DNA of 63,699 bases, the filler included, from Nemertoderma westbladi (lineage: Eukaryota > Animalia > Xenacoelomorpha), in assembly GCA_032718475.1 (NCBI GenBank). It is 3 parts of 3 records of this genome, joined end to end, with 100 filler letters (N's around TTAATTAATTAA, not from the genome) between each part and the next. Parts side by side here need not be neighbours in the genome. Positions count along the whole stretch, not along the records: positions 12,839 to 33,875 come from JAUCBJ010006030.1; 2 more parts are not named here. The stretch is one strand, 5' to 3'. The position numbers and the translations under genes were made by a program. Shown piece after piece: positions 12,840-23,548 of this stretch. Positions within the stretch are counted from its first letter, which is position 1, and each line of letters opens with the position of its first letter. The notes under the pieces were generated by a model that did not search any database, had not been told where the DNA came from, and worked only from the letters and a program-made list of their open reading frames with translations.

Positions 12840-14759
12840 CACCGCATTGTAGAGTCCGCCTGGACGCAACCCGGCCGTGGACGCGATCTAGCGCAGTCGC
12901 TCAGCAACACACTCCGCACCGAAGGCGTCCTCGACTCTCTCATTGGCGACCTGGGTAGCCAATCAGATGGAGAGTTGGCCTTCCAGTCTGCCCGGCTGTT
13001 GGGTCAGGTTCTCGTACGCGATAACCGCAACTATCTGGTGAGTCGGGGTCATCTGGGCGCCGTTGTCAAAGTCCTTGTGACGTCATCGCGCACCAAAGAT
13101 AGTCGTCTAGTAACCGTAGGCGCTGGTATGCTTGAGTCTATGCTGAAAGACTGCGAATTGACATGTAAACAGGTGATTAAGCTGGGAGGTCTTGACGCTC
13201 TTCTGTATTCCTGCCGCCTCAATGATATCGATACATTACGTCATTGCGCTTCCGCTTTGGCTAATTGCGCTATGTTTGGCGGGGAGAGCAATCAGAGAGA
13301 GATGGTGAATCATCAGGCAGCTGATTGGTTGTTTCCTCTGGCCTTCTCCAACGACGACTGCACCCGGTACTACGCGTGTCTGGCGATCGCGACTCTGGCG
13401 GCCAACCCGAGTATCGAACACGCGGTCGCCAGTTCCGGCACGCTCGCCCTGGTCGAGCCCTTCGTGTTGGGCCACGAGCCGGTGGAGTTTGCCCGCTCGG
13501 ACCGGGGCCACGTCCAAGGCCGCGATTCCGATTGGCTCGCTCGACTCGTCCCGTTGCTACGCTGTAAACGCCGAGAAGTCGTCGACCTGGTCGCCTTCCA
13601 TTTCGCCATGGAGACCGGGATAAAGGCGCAACAGGGTCGACTGGACGAGTTCGCCGCGGTGGGGGCCCTGCAGCCGTTGAGAGAGGTCGCCGCCGGCATC
13701 AACCCTGTTGCTAGGAAACTAGCCGCCAAGGCGTTGCTGACTATTGGGGTGGCCATACCGGAGTCGATCAACCTCAACGTGGCCTTATGGGATGTCCCGG
13801 AGACAACAAACTGGTTGGAGACCATCGGTCTTGGGGAGTTAAAGGACTCGTTTATAAGCAGTCGGGTGGATGGAGATTTACTGTTGAGTCTTACAGACAA
13901 GGAGTTAGCTGAGGATATCGGTGTGGCCAGCGGGTTGTTGCGTAAACGTTTATTACGAGAGTTGGTTAAGGTGAAGGATTACGCGGATTATTCGGGTCTC
14001 CCTAACGGCCCTTACGTTGCTAGGTTACTGGGACGCATTGATTCAGATCTCGTTGGCTACACGTACAACCTACTGCGGGGCGGAGTGACGCCGTCCACGC
14101 CGCTAGGGGGCCTCACCGAGCGGCACCTCGACGTGGATTGCGGCGTCGATAACGGGATTCATCGGTTGAAGATCCTCAGGGGTTTCCGTGAGTTTAGCGA
14201 GGAGCCCCGGATCTACCAACCGGTTGCCCCGACGACCGAGGGCCAGCCGCGGTTCCCCCGGGATTCCCACGACGTGTTCATTAGTTACCGGCGCTCCACC
14301 GGCGCCCAACTCGCCAGTCTGCTCAAGGTCCACCTCCAGGTCCGGGGACTCTCCGTCTTCCTGGACATCGAGAAACTCTCAGCGGGTCAGTTCGATCGCG
14401 CCCTCCTCCGCGGGATCCAACGGACCCGGAACTTCGTGGTGGTGCTCACCAGCGACGCGCTCGACCGGTGTCTGGGGGACGAGGCCGGTCGCGATTGGGT
14501 GCATCGCGAGGTTGCCACGGCGATCCTCTGTGACGTCAACATCGTGCCCGTCACCTACGGGTTCCATTGGCCGGCGCTAGAGGCGCTCCCCTCCGATATG
14601 CGGCAGCTTTACAAGTTCAACGGGGTCGAGTGGATTCACGACTACCAAGATGCGTGTGTGGATAAGTTGGAGAGATTCCTTAGAGGGGGCGGTGTAGGGG
14701 GAAAGGGGGAAAGTGAGTCCAGCTTAGAAGGGGCGGTGTATGGGAAGAGGGGGGAGTAA
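12840..14759 (+). CDS. SARM1: SARM1-family NAD+ hydrolase (ARM repeats, two SAM domains, TIR), 5'-incomplete, single uninterrupted ORF
   Basis: The frame is open back to the gap (HRIVESAWTQPGRGRDLAQSLSNTLRTEGVLD...), so 12975 is not the true start. ARM motif WLFPLAF..DD..RYYACLAIA; SAM1 W....WL..IG....VDGDLLL.LT..EL..D.G; SAM2 YTYNL...DCGV.NGIHRLKIL; TIR DVFISYRRSTGAQLASLLKVHLQ...DIEKL.AGQF...DWVHREV (catalytic Glu, human E642-equivalent)...WIHDYQDACVDKLERFL. Confidence 0.96.
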   Translation, partial: HRIVESAWTQPGRGRDLAQSLSNTLRTEGVLDSLIGDLGSQSDGELAFQSARLLGQVLVRDNRNYLVSRGHLGAVVKVLVTSSRTKDSRLVTVGAGMLESMLKDCELTCKQVIKLGGLDALLYSCRLNDIDTLRHCASALANCAMFGGESNQREMVNHQAADWLFPLAFSNDDCTRYYACLAIATLAANPSIEHAVASSGTLALVEPFVLGHEPVEFARSDRGHVQGRDSDWLARLVPLLRCKRREVVDLVAFHFAMETGIKAQQGRLDEFAAVGALQPLREVAAGINPVARKLAAKALLTIGVAIPESINLNVALWDVPETTNWLETIGLGELKDSFISSRVDGDLLLSLTDKELAEDIGVASGLLRKRLLRELVKVKDYADYSGLPNGPYVARLLGRIDSDLVGYTYNLLRGGVTPSTPLGGLTERHLDVDCGVDNGIHRLKILRGFREFSEEPRIYQPVAPTTEGQPRFPRDSHDVFISYRRSTGAQLASLLKVHLQVRGLSVFLDIEKLSAGQFDRALLRGIQRTRNFVVVLTSDALDRCLGDEAGRDWVHREVATAILCDVNIVPVTYGFHWPALEALPSDMRQLYKFNGVEWIHDYQDACVDKLERFLRGGGVGGKGESESSLEGAVYGKRGE

Positions 14760-15556
14760 GTCCAGCTTAGAGGGGGTGGCGTGGGGGGAAAGGGGGGAAG
14801 TGAGTCCAGCCTAGAGGGGGTGGTGTAGGGGGAAAGGGGGAAGTGAGTCCAGCGTAGAGGGGGCGGTGTGGGGGGAGAGGGGGAAAGTGAGTCCAGCTTA
14901 GAGGGGGCGGTGTAGGGGGGGAGGTGAGTCCAGCTTAGAGGGGGCGGTGTAGGGGGAAAGGGGAAAGTGCTTCCAGATTAGAGGGGGCGGTGTAGGGGGA
15001 AAGGGGAAAGTGCTTCCAGCTTAGAGGGGGCGGTGTAGGGGGAAAGGGGGAAAGTGAGTCCAGCTTAGAGGGGGCGGTGTTGGTGGGAAAGAGGAAAGTG
15101 CTTCCAGATTAGAGGGGGCGGTGTAGGGGGAAAGGGGAAAGTGCTTCCAGCTTAGAGGGGGCGGTGTAGGGGGAAAGGGGAAGTGCTTCCAGCTTAGAAG
15201 GGGCGGTGTAGGGGAAGAGGGGGGAAGTGAGTCCAGCTTAGAGGGGGGTGGCGTGGGGGGAAAGGGGGGAAGTGAGTCCATCCTAGAGGGGGTGGTGTAG
15301 GGGGAAAGGGGGAAGTGAGTCCAGCGTAGAGGGGGCGGTGTGGGGGGAGAGGGGGAAAGTGAGTCCAGCTTAGAGGGGGCGGTGTAGGGGGGAGGTGAGT
15401 CCAGCTTAGAGGGGGCGGTGTAGGGGGAAAGTGCTTCCAGCTTAGAGGGGGCTGTGTAGGGGGAGAGGGGGGGAAGTGAGTCCAGCTTAGAGGGGGCGGT
15501 GTAGGGGGAGAGGGGGGAAGTGAGTCCAGCTTAGAGGGGGCGGTGTTGGTGGGAAG
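14679..15556 (+). repeat. ~44-bp G-rich minisatellite (cttagagggggcggtgtagggggaaagggggaaagtgagtccag), about 20 copies
   Basis: First unit 14679-14722 overlaps the end of the SARM1 ORF; three G5 runs per unit. Confidence 0.95.
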
Positions 15557-16375
15557 TTAGTTCATAGATAGGGGGACATTGCCGAATGTGTATAACTTGG
15601 ATAGTTATTCTTACTTAGATATTTAGAGAAGGGGGGGGGGGGTGGGGGAAATTAAACCAGAGAGATCGGAATCCCCCCCCGGGGGGGGGGGGGGATCACT
15701 ACATGTTGACTATAAGATGGATAGAATCTTTAGAGGCGTAGTGTGGGGTTAGGGAAGGAAACATAATCCATGAGAATTGGGGGGGGGGGGGGGGGGGTGG
15801 TGGCATTACAATGTAATGCCATTATGTAATGTCATTAATCTCATTACATGATGTGTACGGATTGTATATTTTTGAATTTGTGGTTAACCGAAGCGAAGCT
15901 GAATGACGTCACAATCTAGAGATATGGTTACTAGGGTAATCACCATCCGTTCATTTCCTTTCTTCTACGATTTAGATCTAGCTAATTAAATTTTGCCTTA
16001 TTGCCATTGTTTCCAGTTTGACTTCAAGTTACCTAGCTAGATTAACTTTAATCGTATATAGTGTAGAATAATATGAAGTTTGGTGCATCCATCCCTACTA
16101 TCCCTACTTCTGTGAAAATGTCTTGAAAAATCATATAGAATGTTCTAGAAGTTTTTTTGTAACATTAATGTCGTTGCTTAAGTAACTAAACACCCTAAAT
16201 CAATTTTTGACGATTTTTATTTTTTTCTCCACCATTACACTATATCGACAGCGCTCTATCCAGTGGTGGTAATCTTGAAAAGTTTTCAGCCAATCAAATT
16301 AAAGATATGGCTGTTTAGATATGAGACCTAAATCCAATTATTGGTTTTCATATTTTTTTCTGTACTCTGTACTTA

Positions 16376-16795
16376 CACCATAACCCTTAATACAACAACC
16401 ATTATTAGGGGGTAGGAGCCCCCCCCCCCCCCCTCCCCCCCTAATTTTTTCAAATTTCAATAAAATGCTACGAAATTCGGTATGATGATAGATCGACACC
16501 TTTTCATACTGGTGGCCTGGCCGGATTTTTCAATTTCTCAGTTTTTTTTCCATACAACAATCCCTTAAAAAATGTCTATTTAGCAATGTTTAACCACACC
16601 TCCGTAGACTTTATTTTACGTCTTTGAAATGTAATCTAGATATCATTCGAAGCGCCTTCGTCTGTAGATTCCGAATCTGAAAACCATTTTAAATTTAACC
16701 AATAAGTGGTAAAGATATTATCAAAATACTAATGTTTAAATTTAGAGACGTAAATCGCTGTAATTCTGATGTTTTGTTGTCTTTATTCTAGAATA

Positions 16796-16827
<32 letters not shown>

Positions 16828-18712
16828 GCGCCCCCACGCGGGGCAAATGGAGACCTTTATTTCGATTCATTCAAATATTTACATAAGATACTCAATAAAA
16901 TAAAACAATTTATATTATACATTCATATAAAAATCTGTTAACATTTTGCGTAACCTTAGGCCTTTATCTTTATTGTAGACTATTATTGTGCCGCTAGAGA
17001 TGAAAGTTCAGGTGAGCTCGAGCATTCTAGAACATGGTAAAGGTCCTCGGCGCTGTTACCGCAATATTTGCACGTGCAAGTTTGCATTCTTTCATGAAAC
17101 GGGGTTGTTGTGGAGCAAATTATATGGTGGAAACCATGCGCGGTTGTTCTTGTTATTATGTGGCGATTCCTTTGATTAGTGGATCTCCAGACGTTAGACT
17201 TGAAGGCTGGCCCCAATATATACCCTTGACCTGAGAAATTATTATCCTTTTCCGTTCGAAAATTGCGGTAGAGTTCTAATGCGGCTGGGTTGATAATATT
17301 GGGATACTGCTCACATATATCTTCGGTGAGGGTTTTGCAGTTGGTAAGGTTGTGAGCCGGGGTAGACGATGCGTTTGTCGGAAGTGATAATAGGCGTTTT
17401 AGAAAGGTAGATTTAATTTTATCCAGTTCTTTAAGATTTGAGACTGTCAAATGTGGAGCTATTTCCGGGAAAGCGTAAGTTACGGCGGGGTATATTTTCA
17501 TTTTGAAGATTTTTACACCAGTTTTGATAGAGACGAGGTTCAGATTTCTCAAGCAGCCTATTAGAGTGTAGGACCGTTGTTTTTTATTCTCAATGTGTTG
17601 GGTAAAGCACAATGTAGGTTGTAGAGTGACCCCTAGGTAGGTGTACCGGTTAGTTATTTCTATTGGGAGGCCCCCGTATTTGAACACATCAGCCTTAGCC
17701 AGTCTTCCACCACGCCGGAATTTGATAACTTTTGTTTTATCTAAATTTACATGCATTTTATTTAGTTTACACCATTCATATAGTTGATCTAGCCCAGCTT
17801 GGATAGCTTCTTTTTCTGTAGAATAGAGAACAAGATCATCTGCGAAAAATATAAATAGTAGTGCCGATCCTATACGTCGGAGTAAAGTCGAGAGATCCGC
17901 AATAAACATGATGAAACCAGTTGGTGAAAAACAGTCACCTTGTAGTATTCCACGTAATTGGACTATTGGTGAAGAGTATTTAATACCATCATAGATTTTA
18001 ACAGAGTTATTAAAGATTGCCCGAATAAGTTGAAATAACTTCCCTTTTATTCCAAATTGTGTGTACATCTTATACAGCAATATATTTCTATCGACCAAGT
18101 CGAACGCCTTTCTGAAGTCAACAAAGACGGCATATACCGGTTTGGAGTTAGTATTATGCACAGTGACATTTACAAACTCTATGAATTTCTTAAGTGCCTG
18201 CCTCGTCGACCGCCCGGTAATGAACCCATATTGCTCTGTGGGAAACATAGTCTTTATCTTGGATATAGCACGTGCATTTATCATTGATGTAAATATCTTC
18301 AAAAATATTCTAGAATTGAGTAAATAAAACATTAGAATTATAGCGATTTACGTCACAAAAATTTACACCTTAGTATTTTGATAATATCTCCGGAAGTTCT
18401 TGGTGAAATTTACAACGGGTTTCATATTCGGAATCTGCAGATGAAGGCGGTTCTAATGGTATCTAGATTTCATTCCAAAGACGAAAAATAAAGCTGATGG
18501 AGGTGGTTAAATATTGCGAAATAGACGATTTTTAACGGCTTGTTGTATCGAAATAGCTCATAAATTAAAAAATCCGGCCAGGACACCAGTAAGAAAAGGT
18601 TTCGATCTATCATCATACCAAATTCCGTAGCATTTTATTGAAATTTGAAAAAAATTAGGGGGGGGGGGGCTCCGACCCCCTAAAAATGGTTGTTGTATTA
18701 AGGGTTATGGTG
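16376..18712. mobile_element. Foldback MITE (~815 bp when empty, ~400-bp inverted arms, TA-flanked; Tc1/mariner-type by TSD), split by a LINE
   Basis: ta|caccataacccttaatacaacaacc at left, ggttgttgtattaagggttatggtg|ta at right; arms 16376-16794 and 18317-18712 are reverse complements along their length. Confidence 0.88.
16795..18305 (-). mobile_element. 5'-truncated LINE with intact RT and C-terminal Cys/His domain (RTEX-like, clade tentative), poly(A) tail
   Basis: ORF 16983..18332: QYGF..GRST, VFVDFRKAFDLV, GILQGDCFSP, FADDL, YTYLG, CKYC...EDLYHVLEC. Poly-T at 16796-16822 is the tail; tattctagaat is duplicated at 16784-16794 and 18306-18316. Confidence 0.93.
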
Positions 18713-19620
18713 TATTTATAAAAGCCCCCAATTACATACCGCTACAAATATAAAAAGCGCTAAATCCAAGTCGACTGATGAGTAAAAAAGGCGGCATCTC
18801 CGATATATACAGAATTAACAAGAATTTCTAAAACAAATTTATGATCATTAATTTCAAACAAAGATGTCCCATTTCATCGAAATTAAAGATTTTTTTTGCT
18901 TTTTCTGTAAAATAAGAAAAATAGGCCTTTTAGGCCTTTAGGTACTTACAATAAGCGACGATATTGGCCTTCGCGTCTGTATTCTTTATTTTCTGTACCT
19001 TAAACTACCAGAATGGCTGTTTGCTTATGCTTAGCGCTTATGCTTAGCGAATGTAGTAGGGTGGGTGGCTACCCGAAAAAATTGTGACAAAAGTAACGAA
19101 AGTTTTTTAAGTAACTAATGGACATAGCTGGCAAAAATTGTATTTTCATTGAACATATTTTTATTGATTGAAATTCTAATAAGTTTCCGAATAGTGATGT
19201 TCCAGAATAATTGTAATTCGTTTTGCAATAAGAACTCAATGGAAAAGGAATACAATTTACACTGGCATCATGTCGCACATCAATTGTTATATCTCCGTAA
19301 CTATAAATAGAAGTAGCATAATTTTTAATTCATCCAAAATAGCCTGATATATTAAGGTAAAACTAACTGAAAAGACTGAAAATTAAACAATTTTTAAATT
19401 TTTAAACAAATTTTATAATTTCCACAGCTGCTTACAAAACATATTTGGCACTTTTTGTTACAAATGTCACCTGTTTACGTCGCTAAGCCACACCAATGTT
19501 ATGTTAATGTATCTTCCTCGTTTATTTAATTGCCTTTATAACTAATTAACTATTATGTATTAAACTGTATTATGTTGAATTTTCTAATATAAATATTATA
19601 ATTTTACAGTTTTCTCAATA

Positions 19621-22600
19621 TTTCTCCTGTTATTCACTCTGTTTTTCCCCTATCCGTCCCCATTCCGTTATTCACTCAGTTTTTCCCCTATCCCTCCCCA
19701 TTCCGTTATTCACTCTGTTTTTCCCCTATCCTTCCCCACTCCTTTAATCGCTCTGTTTTTCCCCTATCCGTCCCCATTCCGTTATTCACTCTGTTTTTCC
19801 CCTATCCTTCCCCATTCCGTTATTCACTCTGTTTTTCCCCTATCCTTCCCCATTCCGTTATTCACTCTGTTTTTCCCCTATCCTTCCCCATTCCGTTATT
19901 CACTCTGTTTTTCCCCTATCCTTCCCCATTCCGTTATTCACTCTGTTTTTCCCCTATCCTTCCCCATTCCGTTATTCACTCTGTTTTTCCCCTATCCTTC
20001 CCCATTCCGTTATTCACTCTGTTTTTCCCCTATCCGTCCCCGTTCCGTTATTCACTCTGTTTTTCCCCTATCCGTCCCCATTCCATTATTCACTATGTTT
20101 TTCTCCTATCCTTCCCCATTCCGTTATTCACTCTGTTTTTCCCCTATCCTTCCCCATTCCGTTATTCACTCTGTTTTTCCCCTATCCTTCCCCATTCCGT
20201 TATTCACTCTGTTTTTCCCCTATCCTTCCCCATTCCGTTATTCACTCTGTTTTTCCCCTATCCTTCCCCATTCCGTTATTCACTCTGTTTTTCCCCTATC
20301 CTTCCCCATTCCGTTATTCACTCTGTTTTTCCCCTATCCTTCCCCATTCCGTTATTCACTCTGTTTTTCCCCTATCCGTCCCCATTCCGTTATTCACTAT
20401 GTTTTTCCCCTATCCGTCCCCATTCCGTTATTCACTATGTTTTTCCCCTATCCTTCCCCATTCCGTTATTCACTCTGTTTTTCCCCTATCCTTCCCCATT
20501 CCGTTATTCACTCTGTTTTTCCCCTATCCTTCCCCATTCCGTTATTCACTCTGTTTTTCCCCTATCCTTCCCCATTCCGTTATTCACTCTGTTTTTCCCC
20601 TATCCTTCCCCATTCCGTTATTCACTCTGTTTTTCCCCTATCCTTCCCCATTCCGTTATTCACTCTGTTTTTCCCCTATCCGTCCCCGTTCCGTTATTCA
20701 CTCTGTTTTTCCCCTATCCGTCCCCATTCCATTATTCACTATGTTTTTCTCCTATCCTTCCCCATTCCGTTATTCACTCTGTTTTTCCCCTATCCTTCCC
20801 CATTCCGTTATTCACTCTGTTTTTCCCCTATCCTTCCCCATTCCGTTATTCACTCTGTTTTTCCCCTATCCTTCCCCATTCCGTTATTCACTCTGTTTTT
20901 CCCCTATCCTTCCCCATTCCGTTATTCACTCTGTTTTTCCCCTATCCTTCCCCATTCCGTTATTCACTCTGTTTTTCCCCTATCCTTCCCCATTCCGTTA
21001 TTCACTCTGTTTTTCCCCTATCCGTCCCCATTCCGTTATTCACTATGTTTTTCCCCTATCCGTCCCCATTCCGTTATTCACTATGTTTTTCCCCTATCCT
21101 TCCCCATTCCGTTATTCACTCTGTTTTTCCCCTATCCTTCCCCATTCCGTTATTCACTCTGTTTTTCCCCTATCCGTCCCCATTCCGTTATTCACTATGT
21201 TTTTCCCCTATCCGTCCCCATTCCGTTATTCACTATGTTTTTCCCCTATCCGTCCCCATTCCGTTATTCACTCTGTTTTTCCCCTATCCTTCCCCATTCC
21301 GTTATTCACTCTGTTTTTCCCCTATCCTTCCCCATTCCGTTATTCACTCTGTTTTTCCCCTATCCTTCCCCATTCCGTTATTCACTCTGTTTTTCCCCTA
21401 TCCTTCCCCATTCCGTTATTCACTCTGTTTTTCCCCTATCCTTCCCCATTCCGTTATTCACTCTGTTTTTCCCCTATCCTTCCCCATTCCGTTATTCACT
21501 CTGTTTTTCCCCTATCCGTCCCCGTTCCGTTATTCACTCTGTTTTTCCCCTATCCGTCCCCATTCCATTATTCACTATGTTTTTCTCCTATCCTTCCCCA
21601 TTCCGTTATTCACTCTGTTTTTCCCCTATCCTTCCCCATTCCGTTATTCACTCTGTTTTTCCCCTATCCTTCCCCATTCCGTTATTCACTCTGTTTTTCC
21701 CCTATCCTTCCCCATTCCGTTATTCACTCTGTTTTTCCCCTATCCTTCCCCATTCCGTTATTCACTCTGTTTTTCCCCTATCCTTCCCCATTCCGTTATT
21801 CACTCTGTTTTTCCCCTATCCTTCCCCATTCCGTTATTCACTCTGTTTTTCCCCTATCCGTCCCCATTCCGTTATTCACTATGTTTTTCCCCTATCCGTC
21901 CCCATTCCGTTATTCACTATGTTTTTCTCCTATCCTTCCCCATTCCGTTATTCACTCTGTTTTTCCCCTATCCTTCCCCATTCCGTTATTCACTCTGTTT
22001 TTCCCCTATCCTTCCCCATTCCGTTATTCACTCTGTTTTTCCCCTATCCTTCCCCATTCCGTTATTCACTCTGTTTTTCCCCTATCCTTCCCCATTCCGT
22101 TATTCACTCTGTTTTTCCCCTATCCTTCCCCATTCCGTTATTCACTCTGTTTTTCCCCTATCCTTCCCCATTCCGTTATTCACTCTGTTTTTCCCCTATC
22201 CTTCCCCATTCCGCTATTCACTCTGTTTTTCCCCTATCCTTCCCCATTCCGTTATTCACTCTGTTTTTCCCCTATCCGTCCCCATTCCGTTATTCACTCT
22301 GTTTTTCCCCTATCCTTCCCCATTCCGTTATTCACTCTGTTTTTCCCCTATCCTTCCCCATTCCGTTATTCACTCTGTTTTTCCCCTATCCTTCCCCATT
22401 CCGTTATTCACTCTGTTTTTCCCCTATCCGTCCCCATTCCGTTATTCGCTCTGTTTTCCCCTATCCGTCCCCATTCCGTTATTCACTCTGTTTTTCCCCT
22501 ATCCTTCCCCATTCTGTTATTCACTCTGTTTTTCCCCTATCCGCCCCCATTCCGTTATTCACTCTGATTTTCCCCTATCCGCCCCCATTCCGTTATTCAC

Positions 22601-23548
22601 TCTGTTTTTACCCTATCCGCCCCCATTCCGTTATTCACTCTGTTTTTCCCCTATCCGTCCCCATTCCGTTATTCACTCTGTTTTTCCCCTATCCTTCCCC
22701 ATTCCGTTATTCACTCTGTTTTTCCCCTATCCTTCCCCATTCCGTTATTCACTCTGTTTTTCCCCTATCCTTCCCCATTCCGTTATTCACTCTGTTTTTC
22801 CCCTATCCTTCCCCATTCCGTTATTCACTCTGTTTTTCCCCTATCCTTCCCCATTCCGTTATTCACTCTGTTTTTCCCCTATCCTTCCCCATTCCGTTAT
22901 TCACTCTGTTTTTCCCCTATCCTTCCCCATTCCGTTATTCACTCTGTTTTTCCCCTATCCTTCCCCATTCCGTTATTCACTCTGTTTTTCCCCTATCCGT
23001 CCCCGTTCCGTTATTCACTCTGTTTTTCCCCTATCCGTCCCCATTCCATTATTCACTATGTTTTTCTCCTATCCTTCCCCATTCCGTTATTCACTCTGTT
23101 TTTCCCCTATCCGTCCCCATTCCGTTATTCACTCTGTTTTTCCCCTATCCGTCCCCATTCCGTTATTCACTCTACTCTGTTTTTCCCCTATCCTTCCCCA
23201 TTCCGTTATTCACTCTGTTTTTCCCCTATCCTTCCCCATTCCGTTATTCACTATGTTTTTCCCCTATCATTCCCCATTCCGTTATTCACTCTGTTTTTCC
23301 CCTATCCGTCCCCATTCCGTTATTCACTATGTTTTTCCCCTATCCTTCCCCATTCCGTTATTCGCTCTGTTTTTCCCCTATCCTTCCCCATTCCGTTATT
23401 CACTCTGTTTTTCCCCTATCCTTCCCCATTCCGTTATTCACTCTGTTTTTCCCCTATCCTTCCCCATTCCGTTATTCGCTCTGTTTTTCCCCTATCCTTC
23501 CCCATTCCTTTAATCGCTCTGTCTCTCCTCGCATCCTTCCCCATTCCT
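19621..23548 (+). repeat. 38-bp pyrimidine-rich minisatellite (ccccattccgttattcactctgtttttcccctatcctt), about 100 copies
   Basis: Direct periodicity with very homogeneous copies; source of ORFs 20095..23646, 20399..22567 and 21045..23513. Confidence 0.98.

Noticed and set aside
13236-14580. Overlapping alternative-frame and antisense ORFs within SARM1
   Set aside because: Expected in GC-rich coding DNA; no recognisable motifs.
12840-14759. Bacterial TIR (Thoeris-type) defence gene, contamination or horizontal transfer
   Set aside because: The full ARM-SAM-SAM-TIR architecture closely matches animal SARM1 and is contiguous with animal repeats and ankyrin exons.
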